Made by a program: the position numbers and the translations under genes. Positions 48,606 through 56,542 of a stretch of 56,542 nt of DNA are shown here, piece by piece. Under the pieces are notes generated by a model. That model searched no databases. It had not been told where the DNA came from and worked only from the letters and a program-made list of their open reading frames with translations. The stretch covers positions 1-56,542 of the IMG/VR virus record IMGVR_UViG_3300017765_000004. One strand, given 5' to 3'. How positions within the stretch are numbered: the stretch's first letter is position 1; each line of letters opens with the position of its first letter. The DNA comes from a virus. Its lineage: Duplodnaviria; Caudoviricetes.

Positions 48606-50304
48606 AAAAATTTCTTGGAAGAACTTCCTTAGTACAGGTAATCATTCAACAGAAGTCAACCTGAGTTCAGATCCAACAACACTGATTGTTGGATCTAATG
48701 GTGCTGGTAAGTCAACTATTCTTGATGCACTTACATTTTCTTTGTATGGAAAATCATTTCGTAAGATCAACAAAGCACAGTTGATTAATAGTTCAAATGA
48801 AAAGGATTGCTTTGTCTCTATAGAATTCTCAATTAATGGTGTGAATTGGAAAGTTGAAAGGGGTATTAAACCAAATATATTTAAGATTTACAAGAATGGG
48901 GAAGAATTAAATCAAAGTTCATCTGCACTTTATCAACAAAAGTGGTTAGAGCAGAGTGTGCTCAAGATGAACTATAAATCATTCACACAGATTGTAATTT
49001 TAGGTAGCAGCACTTTTGTACCTTTCATGCAGTTACCTGCTGCCAGTAGAAGAGAGGTGGTAGAGGATCTTCTTGATATTAAAATATTCTCATCCATGAA
49101 TTTTTTAATCAAAGATAAGATTAGAGTTATCAAAGATGAAATTAGAACATTAGAACTCAAGAAAGAATCTTTAAATGAAAAAGTTCACATGCAGAGAGAG
49201 TTCATACAAAAGGTTGAGAATGAAGCAGAATCAAATATAGAATTTAAAAATAAAAAAATTGATAAACTGGATGATGAAGTTGCAAGTCTAATGAAGAAGA
49301 CTGAGTATCTCGATGAAGAGGTAAAAGCACAGCAACTTGCACTTGAGTCATATAAAGGGTCTTCTGACAAGCTCAAAGAATTCAATACAATCAAAGGTAA
49401 AATAACACAAAAGATATCTAATATTGTTAAAGAGCACAAATTCTTCTCAGAGAATAGGGTTTGCCCTACCTGTGAACAGGATATTGAAGAATCATTTCGT
49501 TTAAATAGAATTGATGACTCCCAAAATAAAGCAGAAGAATTGCGTAAGGGTTTTGAGGAACTCCAGGATGCAATCAAAAAAGAGGAATTGAGGGAGTCCA
49601 ACTTCAAACAAACTTCAGGAGAAATAAGTAACCTACTTAATGGCATTTCTAAAAACAATACTTTTATCTCTACCTGCCAAAAGCAAATCAGAGATCTTGA
49701 ACAGGAAATTCAAAGAATTACCGATCAACTTGCAAACAGAAATACTGAAAATGAAAAGTTAATTACTTTCCAAGAAAGTTTAGAAGACACATACAAAAAA
49801 CTTGCAGATAAGAAGGAAAGCATTTCTTACCATGACTTCACTTACAGTCTTCTCAAAGATGGTGGGGTAAAAACAAAAATTATCAAGAAGTATCTCCCTC
49901 TTATCAATCAACAAGTTAATAGATTCTTACAGATCATGGACTTCTACATCAACTTCAAGCTTGATGAGGAGTTCAATGAAACTATAGAATCACCCATTCA
50001 TGAAGATTTTTCCTATGCTTCATTCAGTGAAGGAGAGAAATCCAGAATTGATCTGGCTCTTATCTTTGCATGGAGAGAAGTAGCAAGATTTAAGAATTCA
50101 GTCAACACAAATCTGATGCTATTTGATGAAGTATTTGATTCATCACTTGATAGTTTTGGGACAGATGAGTTTCTCAGGATCATTAGATACATAGTCAAAG
50201 ATGTAAATGTATTTGTTATCTCTCATAAGAATGGGATGGAAGACAAATTTGAGAAAGTCATAAGGTATGAAAAGGTCAAAGGGTATAGTAGAATAGTATC
50301 CTAA
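48592..50304 (+). CDS. gp46: Recombination ATPase subunit gp46 (Rad50/SbcC-like)
   Basis: 'KNFLSTGN', Walker A 'GSNGAGKST', zinc hook 'CPTC', signature 'FSEGE', 'FDEVFDSSLD', 'ISH'. Confidence 0.96.
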   Translation: MIIFEKISWKNFLSTGNHSTEVNLSSDPTTLIVGSNGAGKSTILDALTFSLYGKSFRKINKAQLINSSNEKDCFVSIEFSINGVNWKVERGIKPNIFKIYKNGEELNQSSSALYQQKWLEQSVLKMNYKSFTQIVILGSSTFVPFMQLPAASRREVVEDLLDIKIFSSMNFLIKDKIRVIKDEIRTLELKKESLNEKVHMQREFIQKVENEAESNIEFKNKKIDKLDDEVASLMKKTEYLDEEVKAQQLALESYKGSSDKLKEFNTIKGKITQKISNIVKEHKFFSENRVCPTCEQDIEESFRLNRIDDSQNKAEELRKGFEELQDAIKKEELRESNFKQTSGEISNLLNGISKNNTFISTCQKQIRDLEQEIQRITDQLANRNTENEKLITFQESLEDTYKKLADKKESISYHDFTYSLLKDGGVKTKIIKKYLPLINQQVNRFLQIMDFYINFKLDEEFNETIESPIHEDFSYASFSEGEKSRIDLALIFAWREVARFKNSVNTNLMLFDEVFDSSLDSFGTDEFLRIIRYIVKDVNVFVISHKNGMEDKFEKVIRYEKVKGYSRIVS

Positions 50305-50315
50305 GCAGGAGAGTC

Positions 50316-50453
50316 ATGAAGGTCCCAAACTGGCAACAACACTCCAACAAGGAGCAGAAGAGGACTCTCAAGCCTCAGAAATTGCGTCAGTCTAAACAAA
50401 GATTACAGATGTTAAAGAAAAGATTACAATTTACCAAATCTTCATTAAGTTAG
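50316..50453 (+). CDS. Small basic hypothetical protein (45 aa, below the ORF-track cutoff)
   Basis: AGGAG SD, then MKVPNWQQHSNKEQKRTLKPQKLRQSKQRLQMLKKRLQFTKSSLS*. Confidence 0.65.
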   Translation: MKVPNWQQHSNKEQKRTLKPQKLRQSKQRLQMLKKRLQFTKSSLS

Positions 50454-50491
50454 CATACGCTGACTATATAATACAGTGAATGGAGGTTACT

Positions 50492-50662
50492 ATGCACAAC
50501 CTGATTTCACATAATGAACTCGCATCGTGGAAGTGGGATCAAAAACAAACTGTTGAACAAAAATACGACCAAGTATCCGACTACTTCCAGTGCATCTCAG
50601 AATGTGGGATTATTGACCATCAAGCAAGGAGATTCTGCAGACACATCCTAACCACTGATTAA
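50492..50662 (+). CDS. Small Cys-containing hypothetical protein (56 aa)
   Basis: The GGAGG SD favours ATG 50492 (MHNLISHNELASW...DYFQCISEC...FCRHIL); TATAAT at 50467-50472. Confidence 0.7.
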   Translation: MHNLISHNELASWKWDQKQTVEQKYDQVSDYFQCISECGIIDHQARRFCRHILTTD

Positions 50663-50690
50663 AATTTAAAAGGAGTAATGCCCACCAAAG

Positions 50691-50724
50691 TCCCCCCTAG
50701 ATCTCTCTAGGGGGGATTGGTTTT
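50691..50724 (+). terminator. Rho-independent terminator
   Basis: TCCCCCCTAG-atctct-CTAGGGGGGA (10-bp stem) followed by TTGGTTTT; TAAATA at 50727-50732 follows. Confidence 0.75.
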
Positions 50725-50753
50725 AATAAATAAAATATAGGATTGTAGAAGAG

Positions 50754-51392
50754 ATGAAAACTTTTTCAGAATTCATTGCAGAATCAGAACAACAGTCAGG
50801 TGCTCTTGCTGCACACTTAGCTAGAACTGCTGCAGATAGAGCATCACAGTCTGGAACTGTTGGTGGAACTGAAAAGAAGTTTGAGAAGAGACCTTCACTT
50901 GGTTTAAAACGACCATCATTTAAGAGAAAGGATAAGATAAAAGTTAAAGGACCAAGAAAACCAGCACCATATGGAAGTGGACCAAGACCACAAAAGGCAT
51001 TACCTGGATCACGTGATGATGTGCAAAAGGTAAATGTGAAGGTTGAAAAACCAGCAGAGAAGAAACCAGCACTGAAACCTTCTACCTCAAGCACATCCAT
51101 TGCTAAGAGATCATCACAAAGTATTAGAAATGCTGGTAAGAATACAGCAGGATCTGTTCAGAAAGCAAGAGTCAGAGTTGAACCTCAACAAAGACCTGCA
51201 CTGCAACCTGCTGCTAAGAGGCCAGCATTAAGACCTGCAGCAGAAAGAGGTAAGATAAAACCAGCAGCATCAAGACCTGCACTTCCTCCTGGATCAGGGA
51301 ATCCAATATCACCAATGGTAAAAGCAGCAGCAAAACAAGCAGCACTCAAGGCAGCACAACAGAGAAAGGCACTACCTCCTGCCAGATCATAA
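50754..51392 (+). CDS. Candidate internal head protein (capsid-targeting N-terminus; K/R/P/A-rich)
   Basis: Begins MKTFSEFIAE; very basic, low-complexity body with RPAL repeats; has its own late promoter. Confidence 0.7.
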   Translation: MKTFSEFIAESEQQSGALAAHLARTAADRASQSGTVGGTEKKFEKRPSLGLKRPSFKRKDKIKVKGPRKPAPYGSGPRPQKALPGSRDDVQKVNVKVEKPAEKKPALKPSTSSTSIAKRSSQSIRNAGKNTAGSVQKARVRVEPQQRPALQPAAKRPALRPAAERGKIKPAASRPALPPGSGNPISPMVKAAAKQAALKAAQQRKALPPARS

Positions 51393-51435
51393 AGTGTCCA
51401 GCACCCTCTGAAACCAGAGAGTTTTTTGGTATGAT
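51381..51435 (+). promoter_or_regulatory. Putative early/middle phage promoter (dyad ending TGTCCA plus extended -10)
   Basis: GCCAGA-N6-AGTGTC-CA, then TG-g-TATGAT at 51427-51435; the same layout recurs at 53727. Confidence 0.55.
51406..51427 (+). terminator. Short rho-independent terminator embedded in a promoter spacer
   Basis: CTCTG-aaac-CAGAG-ag-TTTTTT. Confidence 0.55.
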
Positions 51436-51456
51436 GTGGGGACACAGGCAAAAACT

Positions 51457-53553
51457 ATGGTCAATTACGTAATCAAGTCCCAACTTGCCAAACTTCTTGC
51501 CACTGAAGATATTGTTGTAGAGCACAGGAGTGTTCGCACTGCTCAGTTTGATGTGGAGAAGCGTATTCTGACACTCCCACTATGGAAGAAGGCATCAGCT
51601 ATTGTATATGATATGTTGGTTGGTCATGAGGTTGGTCATGCACTCTTTACCCCCAATGAGTGGGACTATGAAGTGCCTCGTCAGTTTGTTAATGTGACAG
51701 AGGATGCACGCATTGAGAAACTCATGAAGCGTAAGTATCCTGGTATCTCCAAATCTTTCTTTGGTGGATATGAGGAACTATCTGATGATGACTTCTTTGA
51801 ACTTGAGGGGCAAGATATCAGCAAAATGAATTTGGCTGATCGTGTTAATCTTTATTTTAAGATTGGTAATTTCATTAATATCACTTTTAACTCTAAGGAA
51901 CAAGACATTGTAGATATGGTTGCAGAGGCAGAAACTTTTGCTGATGCAGTTCTTGCTGCTGAGATGATGTACAAGTATTGTAAAGATGAAGCAAAGTCAG
52001 AATCTGAGGCAAAGGAAGATGAATCTTCCCCAGTGCCAGGATCACAACCACAGTCCAGTCCATCAGGTGGAGTTCAAAATATTGATGATCCTAATCCTGA
52101 TGAGTCTGATCAGATAGAAGAGGAAAAGCAACAGCAAAAGAAAAAAGGTGAAGAGGATGTTGATGACTTTGAAGATGATATACAAGTAGAAACTGATGAT
52201 GCATTCTCTCAGGGAACTCAAGATCTGAATGATCTTGATTCAAATCATATTGATAATATTTACTGTGAAGTCCCAGATGTTATTCTTGATAATGTGATTG
52301 TATCCAATCAAGAGATTAAGGATACTCTCAAAGACTATTGGGCAGAGCAACTTAAGCCTATGACATTTCCCAATGGTCATGTAGGTGTTGTTGCATCTTT
52401 TGAAAACTGTGATGATATCTATAACAAATTCAAAAACTCAGCACAAAAGGAGGTAAACTACCTTGTCAAAGAATTTGAAACCCGCAAGTCTGCAGATGCT
52501 TATGCTCGCTCTTCTTCTAGTAGGACTGGAGTGCTTGATACAGCTAAATTACATACTTATAAGTTTAATGAAGACCTGTTCAAGAAAGTCACAGTAACTC
52601 CTGATGGTAAAAATCATGGATTGATCTTTATCCTTGATTGGTCTGGATCTATGGGTGAGTATCTCATTGATACTCTTAAGCAGATGTACAATCTTATTTG
52701 GTTCTGTGACAAGGTAAACATTCCCTTTGATGTTTATGCATTCACCAATAATTTTGGGAATCCTGATCCTGATTCTCCTAATATGAAGATAGAAATTGGT
52801 AAACTTTATGTTGATGATCATTTCAAGTTACTCAACTATGTGACTAGTGGTGGTACAAAAGCAGATTTGAATACTCAGTTGCTCAATCTGTGGAGGTTGG
52901 CATATGGATATTGCTACTATGCTGGATTTACAACTCCTGCTCAATTTGGTCTCTCTGGCACACCTCTCAATGAGTCAATAGTTTGCCTTCACAAGATCAT
53001 TCCTGCTTTTAAGAAAAAGCATAATATTCAGAAAGTTCAGTGTGTGGTCCTTTCTGATGGTGAAGCAAATGCTCTACAATTTCTTGATACATATAATCAC
53101 TTTGCGACTGGTGAACTTAGAATTGCTCCAAAGCAAATGAGAAGTCATGTTCATATTCGTAATCGCAAAACAGGTTATACCTATAAGGTTGGATACACTC
53201 ATCATGGATTTACACAAATGTTGCTTGATGATTTGAAGCAATCCTTTCCTGACACTAACTTAATTGGTATTCGTTTGATTACTCCAAGAGATTTCAGAAG
53301 CTTCATTTCTAGGTACAATCCTGTTAATGAGGAGCAAATTAAGAAGCACAGGAAAGATAAATTCTGCAGTATCAAGGGATCTGGATATCATTCTTATTTT
53401 GCTATGTTAACTAGTGCATTGAGCAATGATGTAGACTTTGATGTTGATGAGGGTGCATCAAAGGTAAAAATCAAGAGTGCATTCATCAAGAGTTTGAAGT
53501 CCAAATCTCTAAATAAGAAAGTATTAGGAGAATTCATTTCTTTGGTGGTGTAA
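51457..53553 (+). CDS. HExxH metallopeptidase-like / VWA (CobT-like) protein
   Basis: Likely start ATG 51457; 'VGHEVGHAL', 'NVTEDARIE', acidic linker, MIDAS 'LDWSGSM', 'GTPL', 'LSDGE'. Confidence 0.85.
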   Translation: MVNYVIKSQLAKLLATEDIVVEHRSVRTAQFDVEKRILTLPLWKKASAIVYDMLVGHEVGHALFTPNEWDYEVPRQFVNVTEDARIEKLMKRKYPGISKSFFGGYEELSDDDFFELEGQDISKMNLADRVNLYFKIGNFINITFNSKEQDIVDMVAEAETFADAVLAAEMMYKYCKDEAKSESEAKEDESSPVPGSQPQSSPSGGVQNIDDPNPDESDQIEEEKQQQKKKGEEDVDDFEDDIQVETDDAFSQGTQDLNDLDSNHIDNIYCEVPDVILDNVIVSNQEIKDTLKDYWAEQLKPMTFPNGHVGVVASFENCDDIYNKFKNSAQKEVNYLVKEFETRKSADAYARSSSSRTGVLDTAKLHTYKFNEDLFKKVTVTPDGKNHGLIFILDWSGSMGEYLIDTLKQMYNLIWFCDKVNIPFDVYAFTNNFGNPDPDSPNMKIEIGKLYVDDHFKLLNYVTSGGTKADLNTQLLNLWRLAYGYCYYAGFTTPAQFGLSGTPLNESIVCLHKIIPAFKKKHNIQKVQCVVLSDGEANALQFLDTYNHFATGELRIAPKQMRSHVHIRNRKTGYTYKVGYTHHGFTQMLLDDLKQSFPDTNLIGIRLITPRDFRSFISRYNPVNEEQIKKHRKDKFCSIKGSGYHSYFAMLTSALSNDVDFDVDEGASKVKIKSAFIKSLKSKSLNKKVLGEFISLVV

Positions 53554-53559
53554 ATTGTC

Positions 53560-53739
53560 ATGAAGCAATCCAAACTCAGGTTAAAGCACATTGTCCTTGA
53601 AGACACCAAAGAAGTGTTAGTTGTAGTTAAAAGTGCCATCACAGCTATGGGTGTTAGTGCCATGGTCAAACAACACTATCCTGGATACACAGCCAAGATC
53701 ATTTCTGAAAGTTATTACCAAGAGCAGTCAGTCAACTAA
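53560..53739 (+). CDS. Small hypothetical protein (59 aa, below the ORF-track cutoff)
   Basis: MKQSKLRLKHIVLEDTKEVLVVVKSAITAMGVSAMVKQHYPGYTAKIISESYYQEQSVN* fills the gap after the VWA gene. Confidence 0.65.
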   Translation: MKQSKLRLKHIVLEDTKEVLVVVKSAITAMGVSAMVKQHYPGYTAKIISESYYQEQSVN

Positions 53740-53782
53740 CTGTCCACTGGGGGGTCACAAGACCCCCTTTCTGCTGTATTAT
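53727..53782 (+). promoter_or_regulatory. Putative early/middle phage promoter with embedded hairpin
   Basis: GTCAGT-N6-ACTGTC-CA, hairpin GGGGGTC-acaa-GACCCCC-TTT (53750-53770), TATTAT at 53777-53782. Confidence 0.55.
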
Positions 53783-53805
53783 TATTCTATTGAGACAAAC
53801 AACCA

Positions 53806-54918
53806 ATGGGACTTTCCACTGAGTCAATCAAAGCATCACTTCAAAGCACATATGGTAGTGAGTTTGTAACAGCAGACATTCGTGCCTGGTGTGCCATGAA
53901 TGATGTATCATATCAGACAGTTGCTAAAAAGTTAAAGGAATATAATGTTGGACGTGGTAAGTGGAATCTAGAAGTTACTAAGGATGCTGTAAAAGAATTG
54001 GAAGTATCATTTAACTCTCCTTCTGTAGAACCACCAACTCAAGACAATCTTATTCCTCAAAAAGATGATACCTTCGTCAAGTTTGGTCCTTTCAGTGATA
54101 TTAAAAAAATTATTGAGTCCAATCTATTCTATCCAACGTTCATCACAGGTCTATCTGGCAATGGCAAAACGTTCTCTGTTGAGCAAGCATGTGCCCAACT
54201 CAAGAGGGAAATAATTCGTGTAAACATCACCATTGAAACTGATGAAGATGATCTTATTGGTGGTTTTCGTCTTGTTGATGGGGCAACTGTATGGCATAAT
54301 GGACCTGTCATTGAAGCACTCCAACGAGGAGCAATCCTGCTACTGGATGAAATTGACCTTGCTTCAAACAAAATCCTCTGTCTCCAATCCATTCTTGAAG
54401 GCAAAGGTGTGTTTCTGAAGAAGATTGGCAAGTATGTCAGTCCTGAGAGGGGTTTCAATGTCATTGCCACTGCTAACACCAAAGGTAAAGGATCTGATGA
54501 TGGGCGTTTCATTGGCACCAATGTTCTCAATGAAGCATTCCTTGAGAGGTTCCCTGTGACTCTGGAACAAAACTATCCTTCTCCTGCTACTGAGGTAAAG
54601 ATGCTGCTTCTTCACTCTGCTAGTGTTGGTTGTCATGATGAGAAGTTTGTTCAGAAGTTGGTTGATTGGGCTGACATTATTCGCAAGACCTTCTATGATG
54701 GTGGTATTGATGAATTGATCAGCACACGTCGTCTCGTTCACATTGTTCGTGCCTATAGTATCTTCAATGATAAGGCAAAGGCAATTCAAGTCTGTGTGAA
54801 TCGCTTTGATGATGAGACCAAGCAAGCATTCTTGGAACTTTATGATAAGGTTGATGCAGACTTTGAGATGCCTAGTGAAGATAAGCAGAAGCAATGCCAT
54901 GACGAACACAATTTCTGA
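53806..54918 (+). CDS. cobS: MoxR/CobS-like AAA+ ATPase
   Basis: Walker A 'GLSGNGKT', 'ETDEDDLIGG', Walker B 'LLLDEID', 'ATANT', 'NEAFLERF', 'ISTRRL'. This is the phage gene usually labelled cobS. Confidence 0.9.
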   Translation: MGLSTESIKASLQSTYGSEFVTADIRAWCAMNDVSYQTVAKKLKEYNVGRGKWNLEVTKDAVKELEVSFNSPSVEPPTQDNLIPQKDDTFVKFGPFSDIKKIIESNLFYPTFITGLSGNGKTFSVEQACAQLKREIIRVNITIETDEDDLIGGFRLVDGATVWHNGPVIEALQRGAILLLDEIDLASNKILCLQSILEGKGVFLKKIGKYVSPERGFNVIATANTKGKGSDDGRFIGTNVLNEAFLERFPVTLEQNYPSPATEVKMLLLHSASVGCHDEKFVQKLVDWADIIRKTFYDGGIDELISTRRLVHIVRAYSIFNDKAKAIQVCVNRFDDETKQAFLELYDKVDADFEMPSEDKQKQCHDEHNF

Positions 54919-54928
54919 TGATAAAATT

Positions 54929-55528
54929 ATGACAAATGCCTGGAGTTTCTTACACGATGAAATTATGAATGACTCACCACCTGCCTCTAGTGCATCAAAT
55001 GACAGAATCATTGATGCCACTGAAAAAGATTACAAAGATTTCTGGGAGAGTAATGGAGTGACTGTCAGTGAATCTGGTAATCTCTTTTTAAATTCAGAAT
55101 ACAAGATTGATAGTTTGGGTGTAGACAGTATTTCACTCAATGAATTCCAAATTGACTTGAATAATGAAGAATCAAATATGATCAACTCAGTTTGCATTCC
55201 TGATCTTCCTAATGCACCAAGTAATAGTAATGGTTTTTGGAAGTACCATGAGGATGTAATCCTTAAAGAGATTCGTGACTATCTTGGAGGGACCTATCGT
55301 TCGCATTATGCTTCTCCTGAATCAAAGACTCAAACACTTGATTTGATTGAAGGTATTGGTGATGCAGAACCATTCTGTAGATCTAATGCTATCAAGTATC
55401 TTTCTCGCTTTGGTAAGAAAGATGGAAAGTCTAAACAGGACATTCTAAAAGCCATCCACTATTGTATTCTCCTTTACCACTTTGCTGGACTCTGTAATGA
55501 AAATTCGCAACCATATGAAACTTTCTGA
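54929..55528 (+). CDS. DUF3310-like protein
   Basis: C-terminal 'TYRSHY...QTLDLI...FCRSNAIKYLSRFGKKDG..QDILKAIHY'; start uncertain (54899 or 54929). Confidence 0.7.
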   Translation: MTNAWSFLHDEIMNDSPPASSASNDRIIDATEKDYKDFWESNGVTVSESGNLFLNSEYKIDSLGVDSISLNEFQIDLNNEESNMINSVCIPDLPNAPSNSNGFWKYHEDVILKEIRDYLGGTYRSHYASPESKTQTLDLIEGIGDAEPFCRSNAIKYLSRFGKKDGKSKQDILKAIHYCILLYHFAGLCNENSQPYETF

Positions 55529-56180
55529 TAAAACAACACTTCTTCTCAAGAATTTCTCATCTATCAATCAGTCAATTCTATTCAAGAGTGGTAACAAATT
55601 GCGCTCTATGTCTGTGATGAAGAATATTCTTGCTGAGGCAACTATTCAAGAAGAAATTCCAAAAGATTTTGGAATTTATGATCTCAATCAGTTCCTTAAT
55701 GGATTGTCTCTTCACCAAAGTCCTGAACTTGACTTTGCTAATGATGAGTATGTCCTTATCAAAGAAGGTAAGATGCGTTCAAAGTATTTCTTTGCTGACC
55801 CATCTGTGATTGTTGGTCCTCCTGACAAACCCATTGTCCTTCCATCTGAGGATGTTTGTTTTGTCCTGTCATCTCAACAACTTGAGAAACTGAGGAAAGC
55901 ATCATCTATCTACCAACTGCCTGATGTATCAGTCATTGGTGCAAATGGTGTGATCAAGTTGGTTGCTAGAGATAAGAAAAATGACACCTCTAATGATTTC
56001 TCTATCATTGTTGGTGAGTCTGATGAAACATTCACATTTAACTTTAAAGAAGAGAATCTGAAGATTATTCCAGATACTTACAATGTTGTGGTATCATCCA
56101 AACTTCTCTCTCGCTTCAGTAGTCAGAATTATGATCTCACCTACTATATTGCGCTTGAACCTGACTCCACCTTCGGTTGA
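55515..56180 (+). CDS. gp45: DNA polymerase sliding clamp gp45
   Basis: Start at ATG 55515: 'MKLSDKTTLLLKNFSSINQSI', 'FGIYDLNQFL', 'YYIALEPDS'. Confidence 0.95.
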   Translation: MKLSDKTTLLLKNFSSINQSILFKSGNKLRSMSVMKNILAEATIQEEIPKDFGIYDLNQFLNGLSLHQSPELDFANDEYVLIKEGKMRSKYFFADPSVIVGPPDKPIVLPSEDVCFVLSSQQLEKLRKASSIYQLPDVSVIGANGVIKLVARDKKNDTSNDFSIIVGESDETFTFNFKEENLKIIPDTYNVVVSSKLLSRFSSQNYDLTYYIALEPDSTFG

Positions 56181-56379
56181 TGTAATTTTAAGAATCATAG
56201 GCAGTACTGGTGTCATTATTGCCTATTTTATTGTTCTACATGTTAATGTAGTACTAGGAGTCGCATTGCATTTTGTTGCAGATTTAATATCAATTCCATA
56301 TTTCATCAAGACAAAATCTTGGGATGTGGTTATAATGTTATCATTCCTACTGACAATCAGTCTATCCAAATTGCTATGA
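56131..56379 (+). CDS. Small hydrophobic membrane protein, start codon uncertain
   Basis: Frame filling the gap between gp45 and the next gene encodes about 3 hydrophobic segments ('LRIIGSTGVIIAYFIVLHV...PYFIKTKSWDVVIML'). Confidence 0.55.
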   Translation: MISPTILRLNLTPPSVDVILRIIGSTGVIIAYFIVLHVNVVLGVALHFVADLISIPYFIKTKSWDVVIMLSFLLTISLSKLL

Positions 56380-56542
56380 ATATCTTTGTGACTGACCCAA
56401 ATCCAAGGGTTTGTGCTCAGGCATTGCCTGATAAGCACATAGTCAAGATGCCTCTTGAGACCTGTCAGATGCTGTCTATAGTGGCATCAGAGAAGTGGGG
56501 TCATGGATTTGGAACCCTACCTAAGATTGATGGGACACCCTA
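56376..56542 (+). CDS. Pyrimidine-dimer DNA glycosylase / endonuclease V-like protein, 3'-truncated
   Basis: MNIFVTDPNPRVCAQALPDKHIVKMPLETCQMLS...; the 'MNIF...DKHIVKMPLE..QML' N-terminus matches the DenV-like family; ATGA overlap. Confidence 0.7.
   Translation, partial: MNIFVTDPNPRVCAQALPDKHIVKMPLETCQMLSIVASEKWGHGFGTLPKIDGTP

Noticed and set aside
50678-50710. 10-codon ORF MPTKVPPRSL overlapping the terminator (attenuator-like)
   Set aside because: AGGAG is only 2 nt from the ATG and no alternative antiterminator structure is evident; probably chance.
53633-53869. 78-aa + strand ORF from the track
   Set aside because: It overlaps the better 59-aa ORF (53560-53739), the promoter/hairpin and the AAA+ gene start.
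53806-54918. Cobalamin-biosynthesis auxiliary metabolic gene
   Set aside because: Only generic MoxR AAA+ motifs are visible, and no other cob genes are present in the window.
1-56542. tRNA, rRNA, intron, intein or stop-codon recoding
   Set aside because: Intergenic gaps are short with no cloverleaf or T-loop motifs seen. Core genes (gp17, gp20, gp23, uvsW, gp46, gp47) are uninterrupted and of normal length under the standard code.

Overview
This is a 56.5-kb segment of a T4-like myovirus genome. Gene order and content point to a marine cyanophage (Kyanoviridae-type); no host-specific auxiliary gene is present to confirm the host. All real genes are on the + strand. Order: 3' part of a giant baseplate wedge gene (gp7-like), gp8, a 2558-aa DUF4815/VrlC-like protein, neck gp13/gp14, gp15, gp16, a 13-kb variable island, gp17, gp18, gp19, gp20, gp21, gp22, gp23, gp3, uvsY, uvsW, gp55, gp47, gp46, small ORFs, an HExxH/VWA protein with a MoxR/CobS-like AAA+ ATPase, a DUF3310-like protein, gp45 and the start of a DenV-like glycosylase. 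The island holds four fibre-like genes, a coiled-coil gene and two basic modular genes. I found no tRNA, rRNA, CRISPR array, intron or transposon. Most notable: (1) a candidate head-packaged protein system, comprising genes with T4-like capsid-targeting N-termini, a 618-aa polyprotein of basic modules separated by gp21-type cleavage linkers, and a small protein carrying a 17/26-identical copy of the mature N-terminal arm of this phage's own major capsid protein; (2) strong CG-dinucleotide depletion that is locally relieved near late promoters and gene starts; (3) late promoters embedded in hairpins, and an overlapping divergent sigma70 promoter pair before gp55; (4) a shared C-terminal DxGxF tag and a type-1-copper-like domain in the fibre island. 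All family assignments come from motif recognition and synteny, not database searches.
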